This document shows, piece by piece, positions 17,314 through 28,000 of a stretch of 64,000 nucleotides of DNA. The translations under genes were made by a program, and so were the position numbers. The notes beneath the pieces are model-generated. The model did no database searches. It saw only the letters and a program-made list of their open reading frames with translations, and was not told the DNA's origin. Origin of the DNA: a virus (lineage: Duplodnaviria; Caudoviricetes). The stretch spans positions 12,652 through 76,651 of the IMG/VR virus record IMGVR_UViG_3300020172_000524; one strand, 5' to 3'. Within the stretch, counting starts at the first letter, position 1, and the number at the start of each line of letters is the position of its first letter.

Positions 17314-19002
17314 ATGCCAATTTCAGCACAACATACCAAATTTGTCTATCCTGATTATGTATCTGCTTTACCAGCAGACGACTTAATCAATCTTGCTGTT
17401 AAGAAGCAAGAGATGTACACTGAGGGACTAGCTAAAGTACAACAGAACGTAGATGCTTATGGCCAGTTAAGAAACAACATTAAAACAGACGTAGAGCGTG
17501 AGTACTTTGATAAAACAATGGATAACCTAGTTAACACCATTAACCAAAGTGCAGGCTTAGACTTTTCTATGAAAGGTAACGTACAAGCTGTTTTAAACAT
17601 TGGAAAACCCTTAGAAAGAGACGAATACATTACTACTGCTATTTCTAACGGTAAAGAGATTACTCGTAGACAAGAAACTTTATCTAAACTTAAGTCTAAT
17701 GAAAGAAGTGCTGCTAATGATGCAGATTACTTTGAAGATGTTCAAGACTACATGAAGAGTGGTAAACTAGGTTACAAGTTAGGCACTAAAGAATACACTC
17801 CATACATTGACATCTCTAAGGAGATCAATGAACGTATGAAGGGAGCTAAAGAAAACGGTACTGTAGATATTATGATGGATGGTAAATACATTCGTACTGA
17901 ATCTACAAAAGGTTTAACTAATGATCAAGTTGCTGCAAAAATTAGAGCAGGACTAGGAGGTAAAGAATATAATCAACTTCGTATAGATGCAATGTATGAC
18001 CTTAAGCAAAGAGGAGTAGAACAGGGACATGCTGAGGTTGTTAACTACTATAGTAATCTTAAACAAACAAGCGAAGCCATTCTATTACAAAGCCAAAACA
18101 ATCTTAAAGCAGCACAAGATGCTTACGCTAAAGCTCCTACAGAAAGTGCAAGACTAGATCTTGAGGCTGTTAGAGGTCCTTTAGAAGAAGCGAGAACTCA
18201 AGTAGAAGTTGCTAATAAAAACTTAACTCAAGTATCTGATATAAACAATTTCAATCCTAATCAATACGTTAATTTGTTTACAGATAAGTTTATCTCTAAT
18301 CAGTCTAATGCATATGTTTACAAACAGGTAGAAGCAAAAATTGAAGCTGATCCTTACGGTACAATTGAAGCAAATTCAAAAAAAGCAATGAACTTAGCTG
18401 CATTTAATAGTCAGTTACGTAGAGAAGAAGATAAAGAAAAAGAAAATAGAGCTGCTGCTAAACTTCCTGCTGATGCACGAGTTATCTCTGGTCTAGATGT
18501 CTATGACTTAGGAAGAGATCCAATTAAGTTGATGGATAATATAGTACAGAACTCTACTAAAGTAGATCCTCAAATAGGAACTGATATAACAGAAGCTAAG
18601 GCTTTATTAGAAGCAGCAGCTATTTCTACTAATCAAGGAAGAGCAGACATTCAAAAAGCTATTACTTCTTTAAGAAATTCTTACAATTCTCTTTTAACAG
18701 ATCACGATGTACAAGACAAAGCTTTAGATGGTCTGATAAGAAAGACTCAAGCAATACTTTCAGGATACAATAATTATGAAAGTAAAATTTCAGCTAAAGA
18801 TAGTAAGTTTAAGAAAGGTGAATTCCCTGAAGTAAATTACGGTCCTGGATCAATGCCAGCTGATGAATACTTTAAACTTCCCTTTATGGAGTTGTTACAA
18901 TCTGATCAGACACAGATTTACTCTAGATCTCAAAGATCCGAAGGTAGCATGGATTGGATGAACAACGTTCCTCTTACTCCTCCTTCTTCACCAACAACAT
19001 AA
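17314..19002 (+). CDS. Cargo/ejection protein 2
   Basis: 562 aa, Cys-free, helical; YVSALP and YTPYID motifs; synteny. Confidence 0.6.
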   Translation: MPISAQHTKFVYPDYVSALPADDLINLAVKKQEMYTEGLAKVQQNVDAYGQLRNNIKTDVEREYFDKTMDNLVNTINQSAGLDFSMKGNVQAVLNIGKPLERDEYITTAISNGKEITRRQETLSKLKSNERSAANDADYFEDVQDYMKSGKLGYKLGTKEYTPYIDISKEINERMKGAKENGTVDIMMDGKYIRTESTKGLTNDQVAAKIRAGLGGKEYNQLRIDAMYDLKQRGVEQGHAEVVNYYSNLKQTSEAILLQSQNNLKAAQDAYAKAPTESARLDLEAVRGPLEEARTQVEVANKNLTQVSDINNFNPNQYVNLFTDKFISNQSNAYVYKQVEAKIEADPYGTIEANSKKAMNLAAFNSQLRREEDKEKENRAAAKLPADARVISGLDVYDLGRDPIKLMDNIVQNSTKVDPQIGTDITEAKALLEAAAISTNQGRADIQKAITSLRNSYNSLLTDHDVQDKALDGLIRKTQAILSGYNNYESKISAKDSKFKKGEFPEVNYGPGSMPADEYFKLPFMELLQSDQTQIYSRSQRSEGSMDWMNNVPLTPPSSPTT

Positions 19003-19013
19003 TTAGACTGCTA

Positions 19014-22000
19014 ATGCCTAAAGAACCTGTATATAATGTATCACCTAAAAGTGGGATATTAACTAGTCGAACAGTAAACTTAGCAGATCCTAATGTATCT
19101 AATGCATTAGTTTATGCAGACATAAGTGCTAGAAATACTCAAGCACAAGTAGCTCAGATTAATCAAAAGAAAGAAGCAGAAAGACTTAAAGCAGCAAATG
19201 ATGCTAAGATTGACGAAGCATTGGAAGCAGCAGCTAAGATTAACTTAGAAAACGCAGGAGCATTTAATACTAATGTTTTTGGACAACTAGCAGGAAGTGC
19301 AGACTTACCTGCTTTTACTATTAAACCACCTGCAGGATCTCAGGTATTAGCTGGAGGTAAGTTTAAGTTACCTGATGGAAGAATTATAAGTTCAACTTCT
19401 CTTGCTGCACCTACACAAACAAAAGCACAACCTACACCTGATCAACTAATAGAACAAGAGACTAAAAGATCTAGATCTATTATTGAGGATAGCTTCGGAG
19501 CAAAAGATCCTATTTCAGAAGATCTTAGTAAAAAAATAGAACAACTAGAATCTCAAATAGCAAAGATAAAAGTATTTGATGAAGAATCTGTTAGTCAATC
19601 TACTACTGCAGCTGCAGCTTGGGGGGGACAACAAGATCCTTTGTTGAGTGCCTATTTGTTTAATGCAGGAAGTAGAGTTGCTAGTGGAGAAACTAAAACA
19701 AATGAAGAGATTTTACAAGATAAGAAAAAACTTCAAACTCAATTAACTGAACTTAAACAAAGTCAAGTAGCAATCAACTCTTTTAAAGCTGATTTACAGA
19801 TTAAAAAAGTTACTACAGATTATCTTACTGAGTTAAAAGGACAAGGTAAAAAGTTTGGAGAGCAAGATGCAGCAGCTTTAGTACAGAAATCAAAAGAGAT
19901 TACAGCAAACCAAAGACATTATACTAGGGGAGATGAATTGTATGACGATAATACATACAATACTTACATAAAAGAATTTCAAGGAAAGAATGATTTCTTT
20001 GACTGGAGACATACTGAAATGAGTTTAGGTAATGCAATAAACTCTGTTTACGAACAGATAAAGACTGCAAAAGGGCCTGAGAGAGAAGAGTTAGTAGGAG
20101 TTCTTGATCAACTAACCAAGTATAATAAAAAACACGAGAGTTCTAATAAGGATGCTTATGACCATTACTATGGAGGATCAAAACAGTACTATAAAGAAAA
20201 AACCCCTTGGAAAACATATTTAGGTAACCAAGTTGGAGGAGGGGTTACAGAAGGATTATATAATGCTTTAGGTACAATAACTAGTGCTTCTCAAGATTTA
20301 TTAGGATACCACTCTGCTGCATTTGCTACAAGACAAAGTAAGGATAAGTATTTTTCAGCCGACATGCTTCAAGCAGACTTAGATGGAGATGGCCAAATTA
20401 CAGAAAAAGATAAAGACATTAACGGGCAACATCAGTACATTGGAAAGAATGTTACCTACACAAAAAAAGATGGAAATATAGGTTTTATTGGGCAGTCTGT
20501 TTTAGGAGCTTCTGTAAGAACTCTTGCAGAAATGGGACCTACTCTTTTAGCAACACACGGACTAATGAAAGCAGGAGTAGGAATGAGGACTGCAACTTTT
20601 GCACCTGTTGCTTTAACTTCTACTATTCGTTCTTATGAAGAGAATCGTAAATGGTTTAAAGATAAAGGAACTGCAGCTTTAGTGAGTGGTATTCAAGGAA
20701 TTATTGAAGGAGCAACTGAATCTATTGTTCCAGACATTAGTTACTTTATGGGTAACAAAGGATTAGGAACAAAGGCTTTGTCGGGTTTTAGCAGAAAATA
20801 TTTTACAGCTCAGACTTTAGTTCCTGAGTTTACAACACTTTCTAAAGGAGCAAAGAACTTTTTATTAGGAACGGGTTATGCAGGACTAGCTTTAGGTAAA
20901 CAAACTTTACAAGAAGGTTTTGAAGAAGAACTTTCAATGTTTGCTAACTATGTTTTAGATAAACAAATTAAAACGCAAGATGATGCTTATCTAAATACTG
21001 AAGGAAAACTAGGAAGACCTCAAGAGTTAGATGACAGTAGTGTAGGAGGATTCTTTAAATCAATAGCTCAGACTTTTGTAGAATCTGCAGCTGCTGGCTT
21101 ACTTATGTCTGGTACTGCTATAGGAAGTTCTCGTACTCAGGATAGAAACTACATGCGATTTAACATTGCAAATAATCCTGAGCAGTTTAAAGCAGAGCTC
21201 AAGACTCAACTAGAAGAAAAGAAAATTACCCAAGATCAATACAATAAAGGAATCTTGGAAACAGGTCGCTTAGCTCAACTACAAGAACAAGCAACTAATA
21301 CTATGATGAACTTAGTAGACTCAGAAAATCTACTACAAGATCACGATAAACAATATGAATATTTTTCTCAATTACTTACTAGAGATGATCTACTACAAAA
21401 AGTAGATTATAATTCTTTATCTGAAACAGAAAAAGAAGAGTATGTTAAGAAAGTAGAGAGTGTAGAGAAAGATATAGATAAGTTTGAGAATTCAGCAAGA
21501 CAGTATGCAAATATGCCTAAAGAACAAAAAGAAGGCATTCTTGCTAAGATGGTTCAAAAAAATCTTGAAAGTGTAAAGACCACAAATAATCCTGCAGTTC
21601 TTGCTAAAAACTTAGAAGCTATTGATGATGCTATTCAGATAGGAGAGAAGACTGGTAAAGGCTCTCAAGTAATGCTTTTAGGCAGACAACAAATAAGAGA
21701 AGCTTTAATAGGACAGATACAGAGACTTCAGACTGTAGAAGATAATGATAATACTGTATTTGAGAATCAATTATTAAATAGCCCTATAGAATCTTCTGGA
21801 GAATCTATGCAGATTAGTAACGGAGTACGACTTGCAGCTTTAGTAATGCAAAACTCTAATCTTATTAGGTCTGAAGTTCAAACTCAACTTTTAGATAAAA
21901 TTAAAGTTGCTTCAGAGACTGCTCAAAGTAGAATGCAAAATCTATCCAGAAGAGAACAAAAGAAAATTGCAGCAAGAGAACTTGCACGAGTAGAACTTAT

Positions 22001-24959
22001 TCATCCAGGAACAGCATTTAATGCAGACGCATTAGAGCTTCTTTTTAAGTTAGATTTAACTCCTGAAGAACATTCAGATGTAGTAAGAGATGCTTCTGTT
22101 ATAACTGCTAGAGAAAAAGAAAAGATTCAAGATGAAGATATCTTCCAACCTACAGAGAAAGACACTGTAATTGATTCTTTAATCAAGTCTTTTGAGTCTC
22201 AGCCTTTAGAAGTTCAAGTAGAGAACGAACAAGGTAACTTAGAGACAGTAAGAAACGAAGAAAGAAAGACTAGGGAGATGAGAGCAATCTTTGCTATTCC
22301 CAGATCTAAATCTAAAGAACAAGCTAAGAATAGAATTAAATCTATTTTTAAAGCTATGGGATATAGTGCAGAGGATATTAACAAAGCACTAGAAGATCTT
22401 AACCAAGTGTTTGATAATCAAGAGGTTACAAATCCTGGTGACATTTATACTTCATATTTAAGATTCTTAAATCCTACTTTACTTAAAGGTTTACCTGATA
22501 AGGTTGTTCCACAAGAAGACATTCTAGCAGAAGAAGCTCCTACAGAAGTAGCAGCAACTCCTACAGAAGTAACTCCCGTTGTTGAAGTTACTCCTTCTAC
22601 CTTAGAAGAAGATGAACTGTTTGGAACTAACGAAGAGATTGATGCAGCAAGAGAAAAGAAACTAGAGATTCCTGAAGTAGATCCAGCTGACCAAGTTGTA
22701 GAAGTTACAGTAGAAGCACCCGTAGTAGAAGATGAGTTTGATGGCTTAGAGGTAGTTCCTGTAAATACAATAGAGTCTTCTGACTTAGTAGCAACTACTC
22801 CTACTTTCTCTACAAGTAGTAACTCTGCAGTACAGGGTTCTATCATGAAGACTATAAGCAATTCTGTAGAGTCCTTTAACTTAAAGTTGGTAGATATGTT
22901 TTCTTTCATTAGAGAGACTTTAGGAGAGTCATCTATATCTACTCTAGAGAACATCTATAATAACGTAACAGAGGCGCTTAAAACAAACAACCTAGAAGCT
23001 ATTGCTAGACTTAAAGAAGACTACTTAGCTGTATTCAGTGGTAGTACATTTGCTAATGAGCAGTTAGAGTATATCTGGAAAGAACAGTATATAAAAGGAA
23101 AACCTGATGCTTCTATTCCTTTTCAAGACTTAGCTTATGTTACCAACGGACAGTTTGCTATAGCATATCAAGGAGATGAGGTAATTGTTACTGGAGTAAA
23201 TAAGCAAACAGGAGAGATGTTTACTTATAATGCCACTGTAACAGGTAAAGTAAACGAATCAAATCAGATTGAAGTTAAGACTCGTAATGGTAAAATAGTT
23301 TATATTAAAAAGAGTAACCTTCAAACTATTGCTTTTAGGCCGATTAATGTAAGAACAACCTTCAACCAAATTAACTCTGTAATGATTACAGCAGTAGATA
23401 GAACTAGTGGAGAGATTGCTAAGTTTAATTCTAACGGAGAAAGAGATGCTCAAGGAGATACTCAGTTAAATGTGTTTGCTCCTAGAGAAAACGATACCAT
23501 GAAAGAAGTAAGAAAGAATCTTGCTTCAGGTCAACCTATCTCTCACACTCTTCCTATTCATACAGGAGCTAGAATAAACAATAGTGCTGCTTATAAAAAA
23601 GGAAAGAACTCTGTTTACTTAACTGCTTCAGTTGCAGGCATAGATACTAGTATTCAAACAGTAGAGCCTGAGATAGAAACTCCTGCTCAACCTCTACCTA
23701 TTTCAGAAGAGGTTGTTAAAGAAACAGAAGCAAAAATAAAAAGAAGAGACTTATTTGATGGTGTAGGAGAATTTTCTAGGATACTAGGAAATAGTGGAGT
23801 AGATTCAGTTCCAGTATCACACTCTGAAAACAATGGTATAGAATTAGTTCAGTATGCAAATCCAAAAACTGGATCTGTAGACGTTATTGTAACTGGAACT
23901 TCAGAAAATGACTTTGTTGGTTTCTATCGTATTTACGAGAACGGAAAGCCAACAAACAAGTGGAGTTCAAAGTTTGAAAACCAGTCTAGGAATAAGGAAA
24001 ACTTCAAGACAATGATCAGTGGCGTACAGTCAATGCTACCAAGTGATCATGAATATACAGAAAAAACAAGCATCTCTACCGATGGTTTAAGAGTTTGGAA
24101 CCAACAACTTGATAGAGGTTACGAGTTACAGTATGACGAAAATGGAAAATTAAAAACAAACTTAGTAGCCATTAATGGGGATGCTATTCAAAATGAATTA
24201 GGTATACCTGTAAACAAGGGCAATTTTGAAAATATAAAAGTAAAAACAGAAGAAGAGTTTGAAATATCAAAGAAAGCTTTGTTGCCTTATCTAGAAAAAC
24301 TAGGGTTGAATGAAAGCAATATTTATTATAACTCTGGTACTATTAAAATTGATTTGCCTATATTAAAAAAATCTTTACCTACTCAAGCTACTGCTACTAC
24401 AGCACCTTCAGTTGATATAAGTAAAGAAGTTATACTTAGTGGTTTAAGGGGGGGATTTAAAGCAGTGTCATACTCATCATTTGATATACGAAGTGATGAG
24501 AATGTAATCAATCAAATAGAAAGAAACAAGTCATTTTCAACTACTATAGAAAGAAAGGGCAAAAAATACGTATTAGTAGGGTTACGTATAATTCAAGATG
24601 TAGGCGCTACAACTTTAGGTAGGGATGGTTACTCATTTGCTATGATAGAAGACAATGGAAGTTTACCCAGTAACATTGTAGACCTTCTTAAGGAACAAGC
24701 TATAAACAATGTTTCAAACATATATCCAAACATTGATGCTGTTGAATCTTCTTTCGAGCCAATAAAAGTACCTGTTCAATTAGTTGCTTTAGAACAACCA
24801 GCATTTGAACCAGAAGTAACTACTAACTTAAGTAAAGATGAGTTAGCTATTCTTTCTTTTGATGTTAGTTCTATTGAAGGACTTGAGGGAGCTACTGAGT
24901 CTTTAGACCAGAATACTAGCAAAGAGATAGATGATGCAGGTAGCTGTAAGATTAATTAA
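19014..24959 (+). CDS. Large cargo/ejection protein (start revised from 18954)
   Basis: About 1980 aa; Gly/Ala hydrophobic region with EGFEEE motif; EF-hand-like loop; single Cys 4 residues from the C-terminus. Confidence 0.7.
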   Translation: MPKEPVYNVSPKSGILTSRTVNLADPNVSNALVYADISARNTQAQVAQINQKKEAERLKAANDAKIDEALEAAAKINLENAGAFNTNVFGQLAGSADLPAFTIKPPAGSQVLAGGKFKLPDGRIISSTSLAAPTQTKAQPTPDQLIEQETKRSRSIIEDSFGAKDPISEDLSKKIEQLESQIAKIKVFDEESVSQSTTAAAAWGGQQDPLLSAYLFNAGSRVASGETKTNEEILQDKKKLQTQLTELKQSQVAINSFKADLQIKKVTTDYLTELKGQGKKFGEQDAAALVQKSKEITANQRHYTRGDELYDDNTYNTYIKEFQGKNDFFDWRHTEMSLGNAINSVYEQIKTAKGPEREELVGVLDQLTKYNKKHESSNKDAYDHYYGGSKQYYKEKTPWKTYLGNQVGGGVTEGLYNALGTITSASQDLLGYHSAAFATRQSKDKYFSADMLQADLDGDGQITEKDKDINGQHQYIGKNVTYTKKDGNIGFIGQSVLGASVRTLAEMGPTLLATHGLMKAGVGMRTATFAPVALTSTIRSYEENRKWFKDKGTAALVSGIQGIIEGATESIVPDISYFMGNKGLGTKALSGFSRKYFTAQTLVPEFTTLSKGAKNFLLGTGYAGLALGKQTLQEGFEEELSMFANYVLDKQIKTQDDAYLNTEGKLGRPQELDDSSVGGFFKSIAQTFVESAAAGLLMSGTAIGSSRTQDRNYMRFNIANNPEQFKAELKTQLEEKKITQDQYNKGILETGRLAQLQEQATNTMMNLVDSENLLQDHDKQYEYFSQLLTRDDLLQKVDYNSLSETEKEEYVKKVESVEKDIDKFENSARQYANMPKEQKEGILAKMVQKNLESVKTTNNPAVLAKNLEAIDDAIQIGEKTGKGSQVMLLGRQQIREALIGQIQRLQTVEDNDNTVFENQLLNSPIESSGESMQISNGVRLAALVMQNSNLIRSEVQTQLLDKIKVASETAQSRMQNLSRREQKKIAARELARVELIHPGTAFNADALELLFKLDLTPEEHSDVVRDASVITAREKEKIQDEDIFQPTEKDTVIDSLIKSFESQPLEVQVENEQGNLETVRNEERKTREMRAIFAIPRSKSKEQAKNRIKSIFKAMGYSAEDINKALEDLNQVFDNQEVTNPGDIYTSYLRFLNPTLLKGLPDKVVPQEDILAEEAPTEVAATPTEVTPVVEVTPSTLEEDELFGTNEEIDAAREKKLEIPEVDPADQVVEVTVEAPVVEDEFDGLEVVPVNTIESSDLVATTPTFSTSSNSAVQGSIMKTISNSVESFNLKLVDMFSFIRETLGESSISTLENIYNNVTEALKTNNLEAIARLKEDYLAVFSGSTFANEQLEYIWKEQYIKGKPDASIPFQDLAYVTNGQFAIAYQGDEVIVTGVNKQTGEMFTYNATVTGKVNESNQIEVKTRNGKIVYIKKSNLQTIAFRPINVRTTFNQINSVMITAVDRTSGEIAKFNSNGERDAQGDTQLNVFAPRENDTMKEVRKNLASGQPISHTLPIHTGARINNSAAYKKGKNSVYLTASVAGIDTSIQTVEPEIETPAQPLPISEEVVKETEAKIKRRDLFDGVGEFSRILGNSGVDSVPVSHSENNGIELVQYANPKTGSVDVIVTGTSENDFVGFYRIYENGKPTNKWSSKFENQSRNKENFKTMISGVQSMLPSDHEYTEKTSISTDGLRVWNQQLDRGYELQYDENGKLKTNLVAINGDAIQNELGIPVNKGNFENIKVKTEEEFEISKKALLPYLEKLGLNESNIYYNSGTIKIDLPILKKSLPTQATATTAPSVDISKEVILSGLRGGFKAVSYSSFDIRSDENVINQIERNKSFSTTIERKGKKYVLVGLRIIQDVGATTLGRDGYSFAMIEDNGSLPSNIVDLLKEQAINNVSNIYPNIDAVESSFEPIKVPVQLVALEQPAFEPEVTTNLSKDELAILSFDVSSIEGLEGATESLDQNTSKEIDDAGSCKIN

Positions 24960-24994
24960 TAAGAGTTAAAAGTAGTATAAATACTAAACTAAAG

Positions 24995-25002
24995 TATATT
25001 TG
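24995..25002 (+). promoter_or_regulatory. -7 promoter element 5 nt before the vRNAP ATG
   Basis: TATATTTG-taaag-ATG, intergenic. Confidence 0.55.
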
Positions 25003-25007
25003 TAAAG

Positions 25008-28000
25008 ATGGCAAAAATAATCTGCCCTACCAGGGAAAATAAAGACTTTTCAAACTTAAGCAATGCTATAGGTAGTGATGCCTTAGCAAGATATGTATGG
25101 CTTCAACACGGTAATCTTCCTTTAAATGTAACGGAGGATTCTGAAGGAAACATTGTTCCTAATGAAACCTACAAAAGAATATTAAATGAAGTTGCAGACG
25201 GTAACGAAAATCTTGCCTTAGATACTACTTCTTTGATGTACTACCCTAGTTTTAAAGAAAAGTATGCTGAAGAAGATCCTGCTTTTATTGTAGACTACAT
25301 TAAACAAGAAGCACAGGACAAACAAGAGAAGGCAGCTAGAAGACAAGCTCAAGTTGAAGAAGAGAAGATTATTCCTGGAACAAAGACTCTTTACATTCAA
25401 TCACCTGAAGGAGATGTTGTATATACTCAAGAAGAAGGAAAAGAAATCTTTGACAGTTTAGAGTACTTAGCGTCTACTAAAAAAGGTTGGAAGGGTGTAG
25501 TCGAATCATTGAAAGAAAGAGTCACAGACATTCAAACAAAGATTAAGAATGGTGCAAGCGATCCTGAAGTAACTGTTACTCCTCAAGAACTTTTAATCGG
25601 TAAGAACTTAGTCAACCTTCTTAAGCATTGGCCTCAAGTAAAAGCTTGGTATCTCAGTCAAGATACAAACTTTGGCTTAGAGTTACTTGAAGATGAAGTA
25701 GATCAAGAGACAGGAGGAAGTGTATACAATAAGAATGCACATGAACGCAGTCAGATGGATTTAGCATCTGCTGAAGTTATTAAATTAGTACAATCTCTTC
25801 CTAGGTATAATAAACTTACTACACAAGATCGTAAGGATGTTAAAGAAGGCAAGAAGAGTATTACGGACTTTCAAGTAATCAGTAACCTAACAGGCTTTCC
25901 CGTAGTCGGAACTTTCTCTACTAACTGGAATGTACTTACTTCTAGTTTGTCTGGTATTACTAAGTATGATAAAATCTTACAAGAGTTAGAAGTAGTTGCT
26001 CAAGAGTATCCTCAGTTTAGAGACTTAGCTAACATGCTTCCTAAGGAAGACATACAGGATGCAGACCTAAAGACTGCAAACTTTGTAGCTTCTTTTGTAC
26101 AGACTGTATCTCTACCTGAAATAGGCGCCTATCAATTGTCTATTGGAAAAAGAAATGTAGGTAAAGAAGTTAAGTTAACCTCTAAAGTATTTAAGTTAGG
26201 CACTAGAACAGTAGACAATCTAATTCGTTACTTTGACGAAGACTACTTTAAGTCTAATCCTAGCTACGGTATTTTAAACGATGAAGGAAAGACTGTTTTA
26301 AACATTCCTAAACTATTAGCAGACTTCAGAGGTATTACAGATATTCGTAGATTCTTCGCAGACAAAAATAATATAGACTCCCCAGAAGGAAGAAAGCTTC
26401 TTCAAGGCATCCACAAGTTCTACAATGCATTAGGTATAATTCCTAGTAATGCTCTTTACCAAAAAGACAAGAAAGCTTTGTATGACTTCTTAGCTGATAC
26501 TACGTTTGAAGTAAGAGAACTATATGATAAGTTAGAAGCTAGTATCGATGATAAAACAGTTACTCAACCACTACAGTTTTTAGCTAGACCCCAAGGTTCA
26601 GGCAAACAACTTGGTCCTAAGTTTGATATTGTAAATAAGATTGTAGGTTACTATGGTAAGTTTGAGAGAGAGTTTGCTTCAGGTTCTTACTATAACCCTG
26701 AGGATAAACTACAATACAATCGTGTACAATACTTTTATCTTACTCAAGTAACTAACGCACTTAATAGTGTAAACAGTTATAACGAGTTAATTAGTAAGCC
26801 TGAGTTTGCTCATTTAGACTTTAGATTAAATCCTAATATTCTTGGTTCTGTATGGATGGAAAGAATGTTTGGTGTTAGTCTTAAGGGTAAAACTATTGGA
26901 CAACTTAAGAAAGAACTAGACGGAGGTAAAGAGTTTCCTAGACTTAAAACTAAGTTTAGTAAAGAGCCCTTTAAGATCGACATAGTAAACTATTCTGGTT
27001 TAAGCATTGATGCTGACGTAAAGAAAGGTGTTACTACTACAGAACTTACAGCAGAAGATAAGATTACACAAGACTTTATTTCTTTCTTTGCTGGAGGAGT
27101 AGTAGAAAACATTCGTTTTGGTGACAAAGGAACTTCTTACGCTACCGTTACTTCAGGTAAGATAGAAGAGAGAATGTATATTCCTTTGAATAGCGAGATC
27201 ATGGGTATGCCAGAAAAGCCTACCTCTGTAGTGGAACAAGCACTTGTAGCACAGTTTAAAGATTATCTTACCTCTGAAGTATATCGTATTCTTGCTATCA
27301 ATAAGGATACAAAGAAACACACCTACAATAAGAATGGAAGACAGTTGTTTTTATTTAAAGACATGCTTCCAAAAGAAGACTATGATGCTTTGACTAGTGA
27401 AGATGATGCAGTAGTAAAAGAAGCCTATGGTAGAGTCGTTAATCAACTTCCTACTTATCTAGGTAATTATTTTGCAGAACAGACTAAGGCTTATAAAAGT
27501 CGTTTATCAGATTCTGTTCTTGGAGATACTTCTGCTATTATGTCTTCGATTACAGAAGAACAAAGAGAGGAGCAATTAGTAAATTCTATTAATGCATTAG
27601 GATTTATGGACCCTGCTTTAAGTAAAGTAGGATTAAATAAAAACAATCTAGATTACGTTATTGCAAACTACTTAAAGAACGACTTTATTCATAAGGCAGA
27701 GTTCATGAAAGTGTTTGTAGGAGACATTGCTAACTTCCAAGTTAAAGGTGACTTCCGTGAGGTCTTCAAGCGTATTCCTCTTACCTCTTCTCCTGGATTT
27801 GTTTTCCAAGACAATCCAGTAGTAATGGCTCACTTAAACAACAGTAGTGGTACTAACGGACTATACAAAGCCCTTAGAGGTGGTGGAAGAAAGTTTGGTA
27901 AGACTGTAAGAACTGTAGTATTTAATGACGTTAATACTTTTTCTAAAGAAGATTGGCCTACGTATAGAGCTGCTTTAGGACTTCCTGATACTATGGAGTA

